Part shown: in pieces, positions 1 to 9,992 of the stretch
Position numbering within the stretch: the first letter of the stretch is position 1
How the letters are laid out: each line of letters starts with the position of its first letter
Origin: an uncultured delta proteobacterium
GTDB taxonomy: Bacteria; Desulfobacterota; Binatia; DP-6
Assembly (NCBI GenBank): GCA_963815115.1
Contig: CAWFFN010000005.1
Span: 1,120,001-1,184,000 of the forward strand
Direction: 5' to 3'
Length of the DNA: 64,000 nucleotides
The notes under the pieces: generated by a model
Databases searched by the model: none
Told to the model about the DNA's origin: nothing
The model's input: only the letters and a program-made list of their open reading frames with translations
Program-made: the position numbers and the translations under genes

Positions 1-2147
1 GCGCTGCTCGCCGCGCGACGCGACTCCTTGCGCCTCGCGGTGTGCTCGACGCGTTCCTCGACCTGGGTCTCGCGATCCCAGATGCGGGGGCCCTTCGCGG
101 CCGTGACGAAGGCGGCGACGTCGCGGGCCTTGTCGAGCACCACGACTCCGTCGCCAGCCTCGATGCCGGCGCGCTCGAGCAGCGGTGTCGCGCCCGCGAC
201 GTGGCCGATGACCTTCAGGTGCGCGTAGGCGTCGCGCAGCCAGTCGACGGCGCTGGGATGCCAGACGAGCCGCTGTGCCGCCTCACCGGTCACGGCCACG
301 ACGACGGCGTCGAACAGGATCGACGGGCCGGCGGCCAGCGCGTGATCGGCGGTGAGCGGCTTGCCGTCGGCGCCCGCGGCGCCACCGATCCCCGGCGCGA
401 CCACCTCCAGGCGACCGTTCTCCTTCTCCACTGCGCCCCGCAGCCCGTCGATCAGCGCGCGATCGCTGCCGTCGGCGACGAGGACCCCGACCGTACGCCC
501 CGCCAGCGTCCTGGGGGCCTTGGCCACCAGGCTGAGCGCCGGAGACGGCTTCATCTCGATCGGCGGACGCGAGGGCTCGATGCGCTCGACCTGGCCTTCC
601 ATCGCTAGCTTGTGCGCCACCCGTTCGGAGAGCCGGGTGTCGACGACGGCCAGGTGGCCCAGCATGCGACGGCGGATCGCCACCGTCTCGACCTTGCCGA
701 GCTCGAACGCGAACGCGTTCGCGATGTGGCGCTGCTCGGGCTCGGTCATCGACCGCCAGAACAGGCGTGCCTGGCTGTAGTGATCCGCGAAGCTCTCGGC
801 ACGGGTGCGCAACCGAGGGCCGCTCTCCTCCGCGGCGACGCTCGTGAAGCCGCGCTGCGGCTCCTCGCGCGGACCCTCGGGATCGAGGCTGTTGGGCTCA
901 TATGCGACCCGTCCCTTCGCCACCGTCATGCGCATGTGTCCGTCACGCTGGAGGTTCCGCAGCGGGCACTTCGGGCGATTGATCTCGAGCTCGTGGAAGT
1001 TCGGGCCACCCAGCCGGATGAGCTGGGTATCGAGATAGGAGAACAGGCGCCCCTGGAGCAGAGGATCGTTGCTGAAATCGATTCCCGGCACGATGTTGGC
1101 CGGACAGAACGCGACCTGCTCGGTCTCGGCGAAGAAGTTGTCGGGATTCCGATTGAGCACGATCTTGCCGACGACCTCGAGCGGCACGAGCTCCTCCGGA
1201 ATCAGCTTCGTGGCGTCGAGGATGTCGAAGGGCAGCCGATCCGCCTGCGCCTCGTCGACCGTCTGGACGGCGAACTCGAACTCGGGAAAATCTCCCCGAT
1301 CGATCGCGTTCCAAAGGTCGCGGCGGTGGAAGTCCTGATCGGCGCCGTTGATCTTCACGGCCTCGTTCCACAGGACGGAGGTGGCACCGAGGCGGGGCCG
1401 CCAGTGGAACTTGACGAAGGTCGAACGGCCCTGCGCGTTGACGAAGCGGAACGTGTTCACGCCGAAGCCTTCGATCATGCGCAGCGAGCGCGGGATCGCA
1501 CGGTCGGACATCACCCACATGAGCATGTGCATGCTCTCCGGCATCAACGAGACGAAGTCCCAGAAGGTGTCGTGCGCGGAGGCGTTCTGCGGGAAGCCGC
1601 GATCGGGTTCCATCTTCACCGAGTGGACCAGGTCGGGGAACTTGAGGGCATCCTGGATGAAGAACACCGGGATGTTGTTGCCGACCAGATCGAAGTTGCC
1701 TTCCTCGGTGTAGAACTTGACCGCGAAGCCGCGGACGTCGCGTGGGAGATCGACCGACCCGGCGCCGCCGGCGACGGTGGAGAACCGGACGAAGACTGGC
1801 GTCTGCTTCCTCGGATCCTGGAGGAAGGCGGCCTTCGTGAGGCGCGCCTGCGACTTGTAGACCTGGAAGTAGCCGTGCGCGCCCGAGCCACGGGCGTGGA
1901 CGATGCGCTCCGGAATCCGCTCGTGGTCGAAGTGGGTGATCTTCTCGCGAAGGACGAAATCCTCCAGCAGCGACGGTCCGCGGAGACCCACGCGCAGCGA
2001 GTTCTGGTCGTCGGCGACCGGAACCCCCTGGTTGCTGGTCAACGCGTGCGCGGGAGACTGTGCGGTCTGATGGGCTTCACCGCCGTGTCCTGTCTTCTCT
2101 TCCCGATGCGCGCGGTCGTTGCTCCGCGAGTTGCGACGGGTTCTCAT
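1..2147 (-). CDS. katE: Large-subunit monofunctional catalase (HPII); stop codon lies beyond the left window edge
   Basis: Manual translation from ATG 2147 gives ...[46 protein letters not shown]..., the catalase signature. It is missing from the ORF track, consistent with no in-window stop. Confidence 0.95.
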   Translation of the reverse strand, partial: MRTRRNSRSNDRAHREEKTGHGGEAHQTAQSPAHALTSNQGVPVADDQNSLRVGLRGPSLLEDFVLREKITHFDHERIPERIVHARGSGAHGYFQVYKSQARLTKAAFLQDPRKQTPVFVRFSTVAGGAGSVDLPRDVRGFAVKFYTEEGNFDLVGNNIPVFFIQDALKFPDLVHSVKMEPDRGFPQNASAHDTFWDFVSLMPESMHMLMWVMSDRAIPRSLRMIEGFGVNTFRFVNAQGRSTFVKFHWRPRLGATSVLWNEAVKINGADQDFHRRDLWNAIDRGDFPEFEFAVQTVDEAQADRLPFDILDATKLIPEELVPLEVVGKIVLNRNPDNFFAETEQVAFCPANIVPGIDFSNDPLLQGRLFSYLDTQLIRLGGPNFHELEINRPKCPLRNLQRDGHMRMTVAKGRVAYEPNSLDPEGPREEPQRGFTSVAAEESGPRLRTRAESFADHYSQARLFWRSMTEPEQRHIANAFAFELGKVETVAIRRRMLGHLAVVDTRLSERVAHKLAMEGQVERIEPSRPPIEMKPSPALSLVAKAPRTLAGRTVGVLVADGSDRALIDGLRGAVEKENGRLEVVAPGIGGAAGADGKPLTADHALAAGPSILFDAVVVAVTGEAAQRLVWHPSAVDWLRDAYAHLKVIGHVAGATPLLERAGIEAGDGVVVLDKARDVAAFVTAAKGPRIWDRETQVEERVEHTARRKESRRAASS

Positions 2148-2250
2148 GGTGAATCATCTCCTGTGGGGTGAGCGGGCTCGAGGCGGAGCTCGGCCCAGGG
2201 TGTGACGTCGGCCTTCAGCAGCCGTGACCCGCGTGACCTGGCCCTGGCGG

Positions 2251-2266
2251 AGCAATAAGCGCGCCG
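2251..2266 (-). promoter_or_regulatory. Possible sigma-54 (-24/-12) promoter for katE
   Basis: Minus strand reads CGGCGCGCTTATTGCT (GG-N10-GC spacing, TTGCT), about 100 bp upstream of the katE start. Confidence 0.4.
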
Positions 2267-2580
2267 CCGGGTGGCCGCTGGACGGGAGGCCAGGGAGCGG
2301 TCGATCTCGCTGTTGTTGTCAGACGCGCGCCCGAGCAGAGAGAACGTCGATCTTCCACGACAGCTCGAAGACGACGTCCCCTACGAGGCGCGAAGCATTG
2401 AAATTGTAGAAAGGGTCAGCGCCGCGGACTCCGGCGAACGGCGGGCCTCGGGGCTCGGGCGACGTGGCCGCGGTAGGCTCGAACGATCGAAACGTCCCTA
2501 CCGGAGCGCGGCGAACCCTGGTAGAGCGCCGCGGGTCGTGCCCTCCGGGGCGGCCGGGCGCGACACGGATCGGGTTATTC

Positions 2581-3357
2581 ATGACGGACTATCGGCAAGC
2601 CCTCCAAACGCTCTACCAGGCACCGCTCGCGGACTTCGTCGCGGAGCGCAGGCGGCTCGCCGCGGAGCTACGCGCTGCCGGCGACGCAGATGGCGCGAAA
2701 CAGCTCGCACAGCGCCGGCGACCGACGGCGTCCGCGTGGACGGTCAATCAGCTCTACTGGGACGAGCGCCGCTCGTTCGATGCCCTGCTCGCTGCCGCAG
2801 CACCGATCGCGAAGGGCGACCTGAGAGAGATGCGTGCCTATCGCGAGGCGCTCGGCGAGCTGCGGAAGCGCGCGGCTGCGCGGCTTCGGGGTGCTGGCCA
2901 CCCCGCGGCAGCAGGCACGCTGCGTCGCGTGACGGGGACTCTCGCCGCCGTTGCGGCTGCTGGCGGCTTCGACCCGGATCCGCCGGGCGCCCTGGCGACC
3001 GATCGGGATCCGCCCGGCTTCGACGCCGTCGGCCAGACGGTCTCGACGCCCCGTCACGAGCCCCGCGGCGACTCGCAGAGGCAGCGGGCCGCGGCGACCC
3101 GGGACGCAGCACGGGAACGACAGGCTGCGCGCGCGGAGGAGCAGCGGGCGAAGAAGCGGGCCGCGCTGAAAGCCCGGGAGCGTCAACGCATCGAGGCGAC
3201 CGTTCGCGACGCCCACGCCGAGCTGCGTCGGCGCGAGCGTGCGCTGTCGCTTCTGCAGAACGACGTGAAGGCGGCTGCAAAGGCGGTGGAGGAGGCCCGT
3301 GCGTCCCTGGGGGATCTCGAGCGCAAGCTCCGGGCTCTCGACGACGACGCGGACTGA
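2581..3357 (+). CDS. Conserved hypothetical protein with coiled-coil C-terminus
   Basis: ATG 2581; LY..PL..FVAERRRLAAEL...RRPTASAWTVNQL pattern typical of a hypothetical family in high-GC bacteria. Confidence 0.75.
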   Translation: MTDYRQALQTLYQAPLADFVAERRRLAAELRAAGDADGAKQLAQRRRPTASAWTVNQLYWDERRSFDALLAAAAPIAKGDLREMRAYREALGELRKRAAARLRGAGHPAAAGTLRRVTGTLAAVAAAGGFDPDPPGALATDRDPPGFDAVGQTVSTPRHEPRGDSQRQRAAATRDAARERQAARAEEQRAKKRAALKARERQRIEATVRDAHAELRRRERALSLLQNDVKAAAKAVEEARASLGDLERKLRALDDDAD

Positions 3358-3521
3358 TCACGGCAGTCCGCAAGACGCGACGATCGCCTGGCGGCGGCGG
3401 ATCGGTACGTGCGCACTTTCGACACGGTTCGACGATGAATTCCGGGTCCTGCGCCGGCCATCGGCGCGAAGCCATGCCTGGGCCGCCGTGGCGGGTCTGC
3501 CCGGCGTTCAGACGACGGTCG

Positions 3522-6263
3522 CTATGGCCGTGGTCTGCTGCCCACAGTGGCGATCGCGCGCTGGATCGCGGTCGCGCACTCCTGCGTGAGCTTCGGCTTC
3601 CTGCCCTTCGCGGCCCTTCCTGCCGCCTTTCCAGCGAGCGAGAGCAGGTGCTTCGCTTGCTTGAGGGAGCGCTTCGCCTTCTTCGGCGAGTCGCCAGCCG
3701 GGCGGTCGAGGAGGGCGATCGCCCGGTCGAGCTTCTTCCCGATCGGCGGCGGTACGATCTCGTCTCCGCACTCGGGACCTGCGAGCGCAGCGTCGATCGT
3801 GCAGCGAGGAGTCGTGCATGGAAGCGTGGTCGTCGTGGTCGAGACGACACTCGTGGTCGTCGTCGAGACCGAGGGCATGGTCGTCGTCGCGAGCCGGGTG
3901 GTCGTCGAGCTGCTCGAGGTCGTGGTGGTGGACGTCGTCTCCACCTCGAGGACGACGCTGGTCAAGGACGCGAAGTTCTCGAGCCCCGGCGTACTCACGC
4001 TTTCGGCCCGGACGGTCAAGGCATCGGAGGTCCCCGGCGCCGCGTCCGCGGGCGGCTGGAGCACGACCGTCAGGTCGGCCGACCCCGCGGCCGGGATGGA
4101 GGCCTGGGCTGGATCGGCGCTGACGATGAAGCCCTTGTCGTCCGTCGCGGTCAGCTTGAACGTGCCGGTATCCCCGAGGTTCCTCACGGTGAACGCGTAG
4201 GTGGTCGCGACGCCCGCGTGGAGGTCCTGGCGGATCGGCGTCGCGATCGAGACGCTCTGCGGCTGGATCAGGTTCGGCAGCACGCGCTGAAACGCGTTGC
4301 CGCCGGCATCCTGACCCGCGACGTACGCGAGGAACGGCTCGGCCGGCAGGTTCGCCGCGCCCTCGAACTCGCCCGGGAGATCGTCGGCGACGGGCGCGAG
4401 CGCGAGATCCTGGATGTGCTCGCCGTTGGGCCGGCGCAGATCGAACTGGGCGGCCGTGAAACCTCCCGCAAGCACGGCGACCGCGGAGCTGGTCGCTCCG
4501 GCTCCGGGAAGTCCAGGGATGGGGAACAGGCCGTCGTGCCCGTCCCGCCCGCCGGACTGGACGAAATCGAAGCGGCTCATGTCGAGATCGCTCGAGCCGG
4601 ACACTGCGAGGCTGAACGTGGATGCGACGCCGATCGTCACCGTCCAGAGGCCGACCGCCGGGCCGGTGACCTTGACGACCCGTCCACCGTCGAGCTGGAG
4701 CGTCGTCGCATCCGGGTCGCCGGCCTGAACGAGATCGCCGTTCGGCGGCCGCTGAACCTGCATCGACGGGGTGTCTGCCGAGAACGTGACGTCCGTCATG
4801 GTGGAGTCCACCGGGACGGTGTAGCTCTTCGATCCGCTCACGACCGAGTCCCGGACCGAGAGCAGGGTGACCACGTTCGTCCCGACGAGGAGCCCCGGGA
4901 GGTTCGAGGCCAGATCTGCCTGCTGGGGCGTGAGGAAGAACAGCTGACCGCCCGTCTCCCTGGCGATCTGGATGTATCCCGGATCAATCGGCGAGCAGCT
5001 CCCAAACAGGATGAAGTAGACCCGAGTGCGCTTCGATTGCGCCAGTGCACTCACGCTTCCGGACAGCGCCGAGTCCTTCGCGGTGGCATCCGTGAAGACG
5101 AAGAGCTGCCCCCCGGGATCGGCTGGCCCGAGCGCCGCCAGCATCCCCGCCATCGCCAGCTCCGGGCAGTCGACACCCGGCGCGCTGGTCGTCAGCGCGG
5201 CGATGGCGGATTTGAACTCGTCGGGGTTCGCGGTGACGACCGGCGCCGGCGTGGTCGGGTCGTTGATCTGTCCGAGCACGTACTGGGACGGCTCTTCAGC
5301 CGAGCCGAGGACGGCGTTCACCAGCTGGGTCGCGGCGGTGCGGACCGCGGCGATGATCGGTCCCATGCTGTTGGTGGTGTCGATGACGATCCCGAGCGTC
5401 GGCCCCTTTCCGAGCAGGAGGGCGAGCTGCTGCTGGGTGATCTGTCCGGCGATCTCGCGGATGTACTTCTTGGTCGCTTCACCCGCCAGGCTCGCCGCCG
5501 CTCCGTGCTCGAACGACTGGGGCGAAAATTGCGGATCGCTGCTGTCGCGGTTCAGGCCGAACCCGAAATCCAGGAGAGACAGGCTGTCGAAGGGGCCTCC
5601 GTGCCGGTCCTTGTGGCCGTTCGACAGCATCGGCGGCACGCGGTCCTCGCCGTGGTAGTAGCCGCTGGTGAGTGCCGTGGTCAGCACGAAGTTCACCTCG
5701 GCGGGATCGTTGATGCCCAGCGTGTTCTGAAGCTGGTGTCCGTCGACGCCCAGATCGGGGTTCAGGCCGCTGTTGTTGTTCGTCCAGTTGCTGTGCGCGT
5801 AGAAGTCCTGGATCGAGTGGAGGGCCTGGCCGAGCTCTTCTCGCGCGCCCTGGGCGTCGTTCTGCTGGAGCGAGGCGATCACGATCTCCTTGAGCCCCAG
5901 GATCCGCCCCTGGCCGGCGACGAAGTTCTCGCCGTCGAAATGCAACGCCGAATGGATCTGGTCGTCGTCGACGTGGATGTTGCCGTCCACGATCGCCTCG
6001 TTGGCCGCGCGCATCGATCCGCTCGGCGACTGGACGCCGAAGAACTCGGCATCCAGCGCCTCCAGCGCATCCGTGGTGATCCTCTCGTGGCTGTGGCCCA
6101 GGAGGGGCCCCGCCGTGCGCACGTTGGTGGGGAAGAAGGCGTTGGCGTCGGTCGCACTCAGCATCGGCGTCACGGCGACAATCAGGCGAAGAAGTCCGAT
6201 GGCTGCGACCGCTCGGTACGGAGGCAGGCGCGCGGAAGAGAGTCTGCGGTTGCCTGCGATCAT
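3522..6263 (-). CDS. Secreted VWA7/hemicentin-like protein (HET-C-like N-domain, VWA, beta-rich domains, Thr linker, basic helical tail)
   Basis: 913 aa with signal-like N-terminus; motifs HFDGENF, GQALHSIQDFYAHSNW, VIDTTNSM (MIDAS-like), DCPELAM and FVFTDA. Confidence 0.85.
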   Translation of the reverse strand: MIAGNRRLSSARLPPYRAVAAIGLLRLIVAVTPMLSATDANAFFPTNVRTAGPLLGHSHERITTDALEALDAEFFGVQSPSGSMRAANEAIVDGNIHVDDDQIHSALHFDGENFVAGQGRILGLKEIVIASLQQNDAQGAREELGQALHSIQDFYAHSNWTNNNSGLNPDLGVDGHQLQNTLGINDPAEVNFVLTTALTSGYYHGEDRVPPMLSNGHKDRHGGPFDSLSLLDFGFGLNRDSSDPQFSPQSFEHGAAASLAGEATKKYIREIAGQITQQQLALLLGKGPTLGIVIDTTNSMGPIIAAVRTAATQLVNAVLGSAEEPSQYVLGQINDPTTPAPVVTANPDEFKSAIAALTTSAPGVDCPELAMAGMLAALGPADPGGQLFVFTDATAKDSALSGSVSALAQSKRTRVYFILFGSCSPIDPGYIQIARETGGQLFFLTPQQADLASNLPGLLVGTNVVTLLSVRDSVVSGSKSYTVPVDSTMTDVTFSADTPSMQVQRPPNGDLVQAGDPDATTLQLDGGRVVKVTGPAVGLWTVTIGVASTFSLAVSGSSDLDMSRFDFVQSGGRDGHDGLFPIPGLPGAGATSSAVAVLAGGFTAAQFDLRRPNGEHIQDLALAPVADDLPGEFEGAANLPAEPFLAYVAGQDAGGNAFQRVLPNLIQPQSVSIATPIRQDLHAGVATTYAFTVRNLGDTGTFKLTATDDKGFIVSADPAQASIPAAGSADLTVVLQPPADAAPGTSDALTVRAESVSTPGLENFASLTSVVLEVETTSTTTTSSSSTTTRLATTTMPSVSTTTTSVVSTTTTTLPCTTPRCTIDAALAGPECGDEIVPPPIGKKLDRAIALLDRPAGDSPKKAKRSLKQAKHLLSLAGKAAGRAAKGRKPKLTQECATAIQRAIATVGSRPRP

Positions 6264-6430
6264 GAGGGGGGTCCTTCCGGAAGACGGCTAGCAAGCTCAG
6301 TGGCGGGTTGACGGAATGGACATTTTGTCCCTTTCGCCTACCAGTCCGAACTTCCTGCGTAACGACGCAGCGCGTAAGCGTTGACCAGCTCCTTGAGCGA
6401 GCAGACCACTCTCTGCTAGGTTCCCGCGCC

Positions 6431-6739
6431 GTGCGGAGCCCGCGTCCCGTCGTGGCCATCGCCGTCGCGGCCGCGCTCCTCGCGGCGTCCGGCGCATTCG
6501 CCGCGCAGTATCCTGCCTGGGGGGACACGGGCTGGGTGTACGCGAGCAAGCGCGACTGCTGCGACGGCGCGCTGCAGATCGCCCGGGAGTACAGCGCCCA
6601 GGCGTGCTACACCGCCGGTGGAGTGCCGAGGCCGACCACCGGGACGCGCAGGGGAGTGTGCCAGTGGGACACGACCCGGGATCCGTGGGGCCGCCCCCTC
6701 TTCCGCTGCCAGGCCGAAGCAGCGCTGTGGTGCCGGTAG
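6431..6739 (+). CDS. Small secreted Cys-rich protein
   Basis: GTG 6431, signal peptide ending AFA-A, 6 Cys in the mature part; first gene of an operon with the lipoproteins. Confidence 0.65.
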   Translation: MRSPRPVVAIAVAAALLAASGAFAAQYPAWGDTGWVYASKRDCCDGALQIAREYSAQACYTAGGVPRPTTGTRRGVCQWDTTRDPWGRPLFRCQAEAALWCR

Positions 6740-6743
6740 GAGG

Positions 6744-7442
6744 GTGAGGCGAACACGGCTCAGCGGGGCCGTGGCGCTCGGGCTGCTCGTGGTCGCCTGT
6801 GCCGCGCGGCAACCCACGGCCCCGGTGCCCGTCGCGACGGCGCCCGCGGATCTGTCGGGCTTCCTCGACGACTACTCGCGCCTGCGTCCCGGCGGCCCGG
6901 GCGAGGTGCGCTTCGTCTACCGCGATCCGGCGGCACGCTGGGACGCATACGACAAGGTCCTGTTCGAGCCGGTGGCCCTGTGGCGGAGCGGGCGCAAGTC
7001 GCTGGACCCCGTCCCGGAGCGCGACCTGCTCCGTCTCGCCGGCGACCTGCAGCGCGCGGTGCGCCGACGGCTCGGGGAGGACTGGACGCTCGTGAACGCG
7101 CCAGGTCCCGGCGTGATGCGGGTGCGCTTGGCCATCACGCAAGCGCGGGCCACCGACGCCGTGCTCGACATCCTCACCACCGAAGCCCCGTCGGTCCGCC
7201 GGGCCAAGGCGAACGGACCCGTCGATTCCCAGACGCGTGCGTTCATCGAGGCCGCCTCGATCGAGGGCGAGATCACCGATGCGGAGACGGGCCAGCTCCT
7301 CGCCCAGGGCATCGACCGCCGCGTCGACCGCGGGCCGCTCCCCGCCGACCTGACCTGGGCCGACGTCGACCGGTTCTTCGACTTCTGGGCCGAACGGATC
7401 TGCTCACGCCTCGAGCGCGCGCGGCGCGGTGAGCTCCCTTAG
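6744..7442 (+). CDS. DUF3313-family lipoprotein
   Basis: Lipobox LVVAC; SGFLDDYSRL and ASIEGEITDAETGQLLAQGIDRR motifs. Confidence 0.8.
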   Translation: MRRTRLSGAVALGLLVVACAARQPTAPVPVATAPADLSGFLDDYSRLRPGGPGEVRFVYRDPAARWDAYDKVLFEPVALWRSGRKSLDPVPERDLLRLAGDLQRAVRRRLGEDWTLVNAPGPGVMRVRLAITQARATDAVLDILTTEAPSVRRAKANGPVDSQTRAFIEAASIEGEITDAETGQLLAQGIDRRVDRGPLPADLTWADVDRFFDFWAERICSRLERARRGELP

Positions 7443-7451
7443 AGGTATACG

Positions 7452-8006
7452 ATGGTACGATCCCGTCTCCCCCCGCTTCTCCTGCTCGCGATCGGCTTGC
7501 TCGGATGCAGCCAGTTCCGGGTGCGTTCCAGCCATGATCCGAGCACGGACTGGAGCCGTATGCGCACCTACGCCTGGCTACCGCCCGACCAGGCGGCCCC
7601 CGCGGACCAGCGCGTGCAGGACCGCTATTTCGACCGCCGCATCCGCGCGGACGTCGCCAAGGACCTCACCGCCAAGGGCTATCGGCCGGCCGGATCCGGC
7701 GAGCAACCGGACTTCCTGCTCAATTATCGGCTCGCCAGCGAACCCGCCAGCAGCGTGCGGGCGGATCCAGGAGGACACTGGGGCGGCGTCTGGTCGGCGA
7801 ACTGGATGACGGGCGGCGGTGCCTACTACACCGACAACTACGACGAGGGCACGCTCTACATCGCGGCGCTCGAGCCGACGTCGAAGCGGATCGTCTGGGT
7901 CGGACTGGCCCAGGCGCGGCTCGTCCCCACCATGTCGTTCGAGCGCAAGAAGAAGCGGTTCGACGCAGCCGTCGACCAGATTCTCCAACACTTCCCCAAC
8001 GGTTGA
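7452..8006 (+). CDS. DUF4136-family lipoprotein
   Basis: Lipobox LLGC; TYAW, LTAKGY..PDFLLNY, YDEGTLYI..IVWVG motifs. Confidence 0.85.
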   Translation: MVRSRLPPLLLLAIGLLGCSQFRVRSSHDPSTDWSRMRTYAWLPPDQAAPADQRVQDRYFDRRIRADVAKDLTAKGYRPAGSGEQPDFLLNYRLASEPASSVRADPGGHWGGVWSANWMTGGGAYYTDNYDEGTLYIAALEPTSKRIVWVGLAQARLVPTMSFERKKKRFDAAVDQILQHFPNG

Positions 8007-8051
8007 GCCGGCGAACGCCGCGATGTCGTCCGGCCAGCCCGGGAGGGAGTC

Positions 8052-8507
8052 GTGATCTACGAAGTAACCGTCGAGACGCTTGGCCCCCGCACGCTCGCAG
8101 CCGTTCGTCGCCGCGTCGCGATGAACGACGTCGGCAGGGAATTCAGGCCGGCGCTGGACAAAGTGTGGGCGTTCCTCGAGAGGAACCCCGGCCTCCGCAC
8201 CGACGGCCACAACGTTTTCCTCTATCACCATGAGACTCCGGAGATCATGCCGGTCGACTTCGGCGTCGAGGTGGTCCGCACCTTCACCGGCGAGGACGAA
8301 GTCCAGTGCGTCACGACGCCGGCGGGCGAAGCCGCCGTGGTCGTCCACCGCGGGCCCTACGAGAAGATGCGTGCCGCTCACGGTGCCCTGCACGAGTGGT
8401 GCGCCGCCAATCGACGGGCGATCGGCGGATACAGCCTCGAGATCTATGGTGACTGGTCGGATGATCCCTCGAAGCTGGAGACGACGATCCAGTATCTGCT
8501 GCGCTGA
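8052..8507 (+). CDS. GyrI-like small-molecule-binding domain protein
   Basis: PAGEAAVVVHRGPYE..AHGALHEW..EIY motif; GGAG RBS. Confidence 0.85.
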   Translation: MIYEVTVETLGPRTLAAVRRRVAMNDVGREFRPALDKVWAFLERNPGLRTDGHNVFLYHHETPEIMPVDFGVEVVRTFTGEDEVQCVTTPAGEAAVVVHRGPYEKMRAAHGALHEWCAANRRAIGGYSLEIYGDWSDDPSKLETTIQYLLR

Positions 8508-8612
8508 GGACGATCTGATCCGCCGCCCCACGCAGCGCAGGTCGTTCCGCCGCGGCCGGTTGCCTGATATGCGCCGCTCGTCGCGCCGCACCCGCTCGCG
8601 GAGTCCGAAACA

Positions 8613-9923
8613 ATGAAATCAGCCGGGATCGGCGTCGCACTCGTGGCGATGCTCGCGCTTTGCGCCATCTCGGGACAGGCGAGGGCGGCGGAGCAGAAGC
8701 CATCGTCAATCGATTCCGCCGACCGGCTCTTCCGAATCGGGGAATTTGTCCAGGCCGGCGAACAATACGCCAAGATCGCCGCCGACCACCCCGACGACTA
8801 TTCGGCAACCCTCCAGCTGGGTCGGATCGCGCTTCTCTCCAACCGGCTCGACGATGCGGAGCGTTGGCTGAAGAGAGCCGTCGAGCTGCGGCCCGGCGAC
8901 GCCGACCCCAAGGTCATGCTCGCCGAGGCGTACTATCGCCGCGACGATTTCGAAAAGGCGGTGGCTGCGCTGAACGGCGTCGACATGGGCACCAACCCGC
9001 TGGTCGCCGTGCAGTACCCCACGCTGAATGTCGCGAAGCTGCAGAGCTTCAAGGGCCAGACGCCCTACGAGGTGCGCGGCGACGGGCAAATCACGCGCCT
9101 GAAGTTCCTGCGGACGGATCCGCTGCCGCTGATCACCGTGCGCGTCAACGGGGGCGACGAGGTCACGTTCTTCATCGACACCGGGGGCTCGGAGGTCGCG
9201 CTCGACACGGCCTTCGCCAAGGAGCTTGGCATTCCGCTCTTCGGAACGGTGCAAGGCACTTTTTCCGGCGGCCAGCACGCCGACGTTCAGCAAGGGCGGA
9301 TCGAATCCCTCACTGTCGGTGACTGGACGGTGAAGAACCTGCCCGTCGTGATGCTCCCCCTCCGCCAGCTCTCCGAAGGCCTTGGCGCGAAGCAGATCGA
9401 CGGCATCATCGGGACCACGCTCTTCTACCATTTCCTCGCGACCCTCGATTTTCCGCACGGCGAGCTCGTGCTCCGCCGGAAGAACGCGGCAAACCTGGAG
9501 CAGCTCGTGGGAGCCTCTGGCAAGAGCGTCGCGGTTCCTTTCTGGATGGCAAGCGACCATTTCATGGTTGGCTGGGGGCGCGTGGAGACGCTCCCCCCTG
9601 CGCTTCTCTTCGTCGACACGGGGCTGGCTGGCGCAGGAGTCAAGCTGGCAGAGTCGGTGATCAAGGAAGCCGGGATCAAGCTGGAGGAAGACAAGGCGTC
9701 CGTCGGGGCGGGCGGCGGCGGAACCCTGAAGATCGTGCCCTACGTCGTGCATCGCCTTTCGTTCGGGAAGGTGCAGGAAGAGAACGTCGCGGGGCTCTAC
9801 GATGGGCCGTTCCCCTGGGAGAACGTCTTTGGCTTCCACCTCGCGGGCATGGTCGGCCACGATTTCTTCAAGCCCTATGCAGTGACCTTCGATTTCGAGA
9901 ATATGAAGGTCTTGTTGGAGTAG
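8613..9923 (+). CDS. Secreted TPR plus tandem retropepsin-like aspartyl protease
   Basis: Signal peptide, TPR-like helices, FFIDTGG and LFVDTG catalytic motifs, GIIG and GMVG motifs. Confidence 0.85.
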   Translation: MKSAGIGVALVAMLALCAISGQARAAEQKPSSIDSADRLFRIGEFVQAGEQYAKIAADHPDDYSATLQLGRIALLSNRLDDAERWLKRAVELRPGDADPKVMLAEAYYRRDDFEKAVAALNGVDMGTNPLVAVQYPTLNVAKLQSFKGQTPYEVRGDGQITRLKFLRTDPLPLITVRVNGGDEVTFFIDTGGSEVALDTAFAKELGIPLFGTVQGTFSGGQHADVQQGRIESLTVGDWTVKNLPVVMLPLRQLSEGLGAKQIDGIIGTTLFYHFLATLDFPHGELVLRRKNAANLEQLVGASGKSVAVPFWMASDHFMVGWGRVETLPPALLFVDTGLAGAGVKLAESVIKEAGIKLEEDKASVGAGGGGTLKIVPYVVHRLSFGKVQEENVAGLYDGPFPWENVFGFHLAGMVGHDFFKPYAVTFDFENMKVLLE

Positions 9924-9992
9924 GGGCACCGATTCGATGCTCCCTGGGCTGCCCGAGTGAACGTCCGAACCCGCGCCGATGGGCGTCGATGG

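Noticed and set aside
612-2171. 519-aa plus-strand ORF
   Set aside because: Antisense shadow of katE.
2319-2440. Possible outer-membrane efflux protein remnant (FELSWKIDVLS)
   Set aside because: The match is too short to support without a search.
3825-3945. GTC/GTG-rich repetitive DNA (also 42820-42910)
   Set aside because: Explained by poly-Thr linker codons on the minus strand.
2271-6311. 1346-aa plus-strand ORF
   Set aside because: Arg-rich shadow overlapping the VWA7-like gene and the 2581 gene; typical of high-GC DNA.
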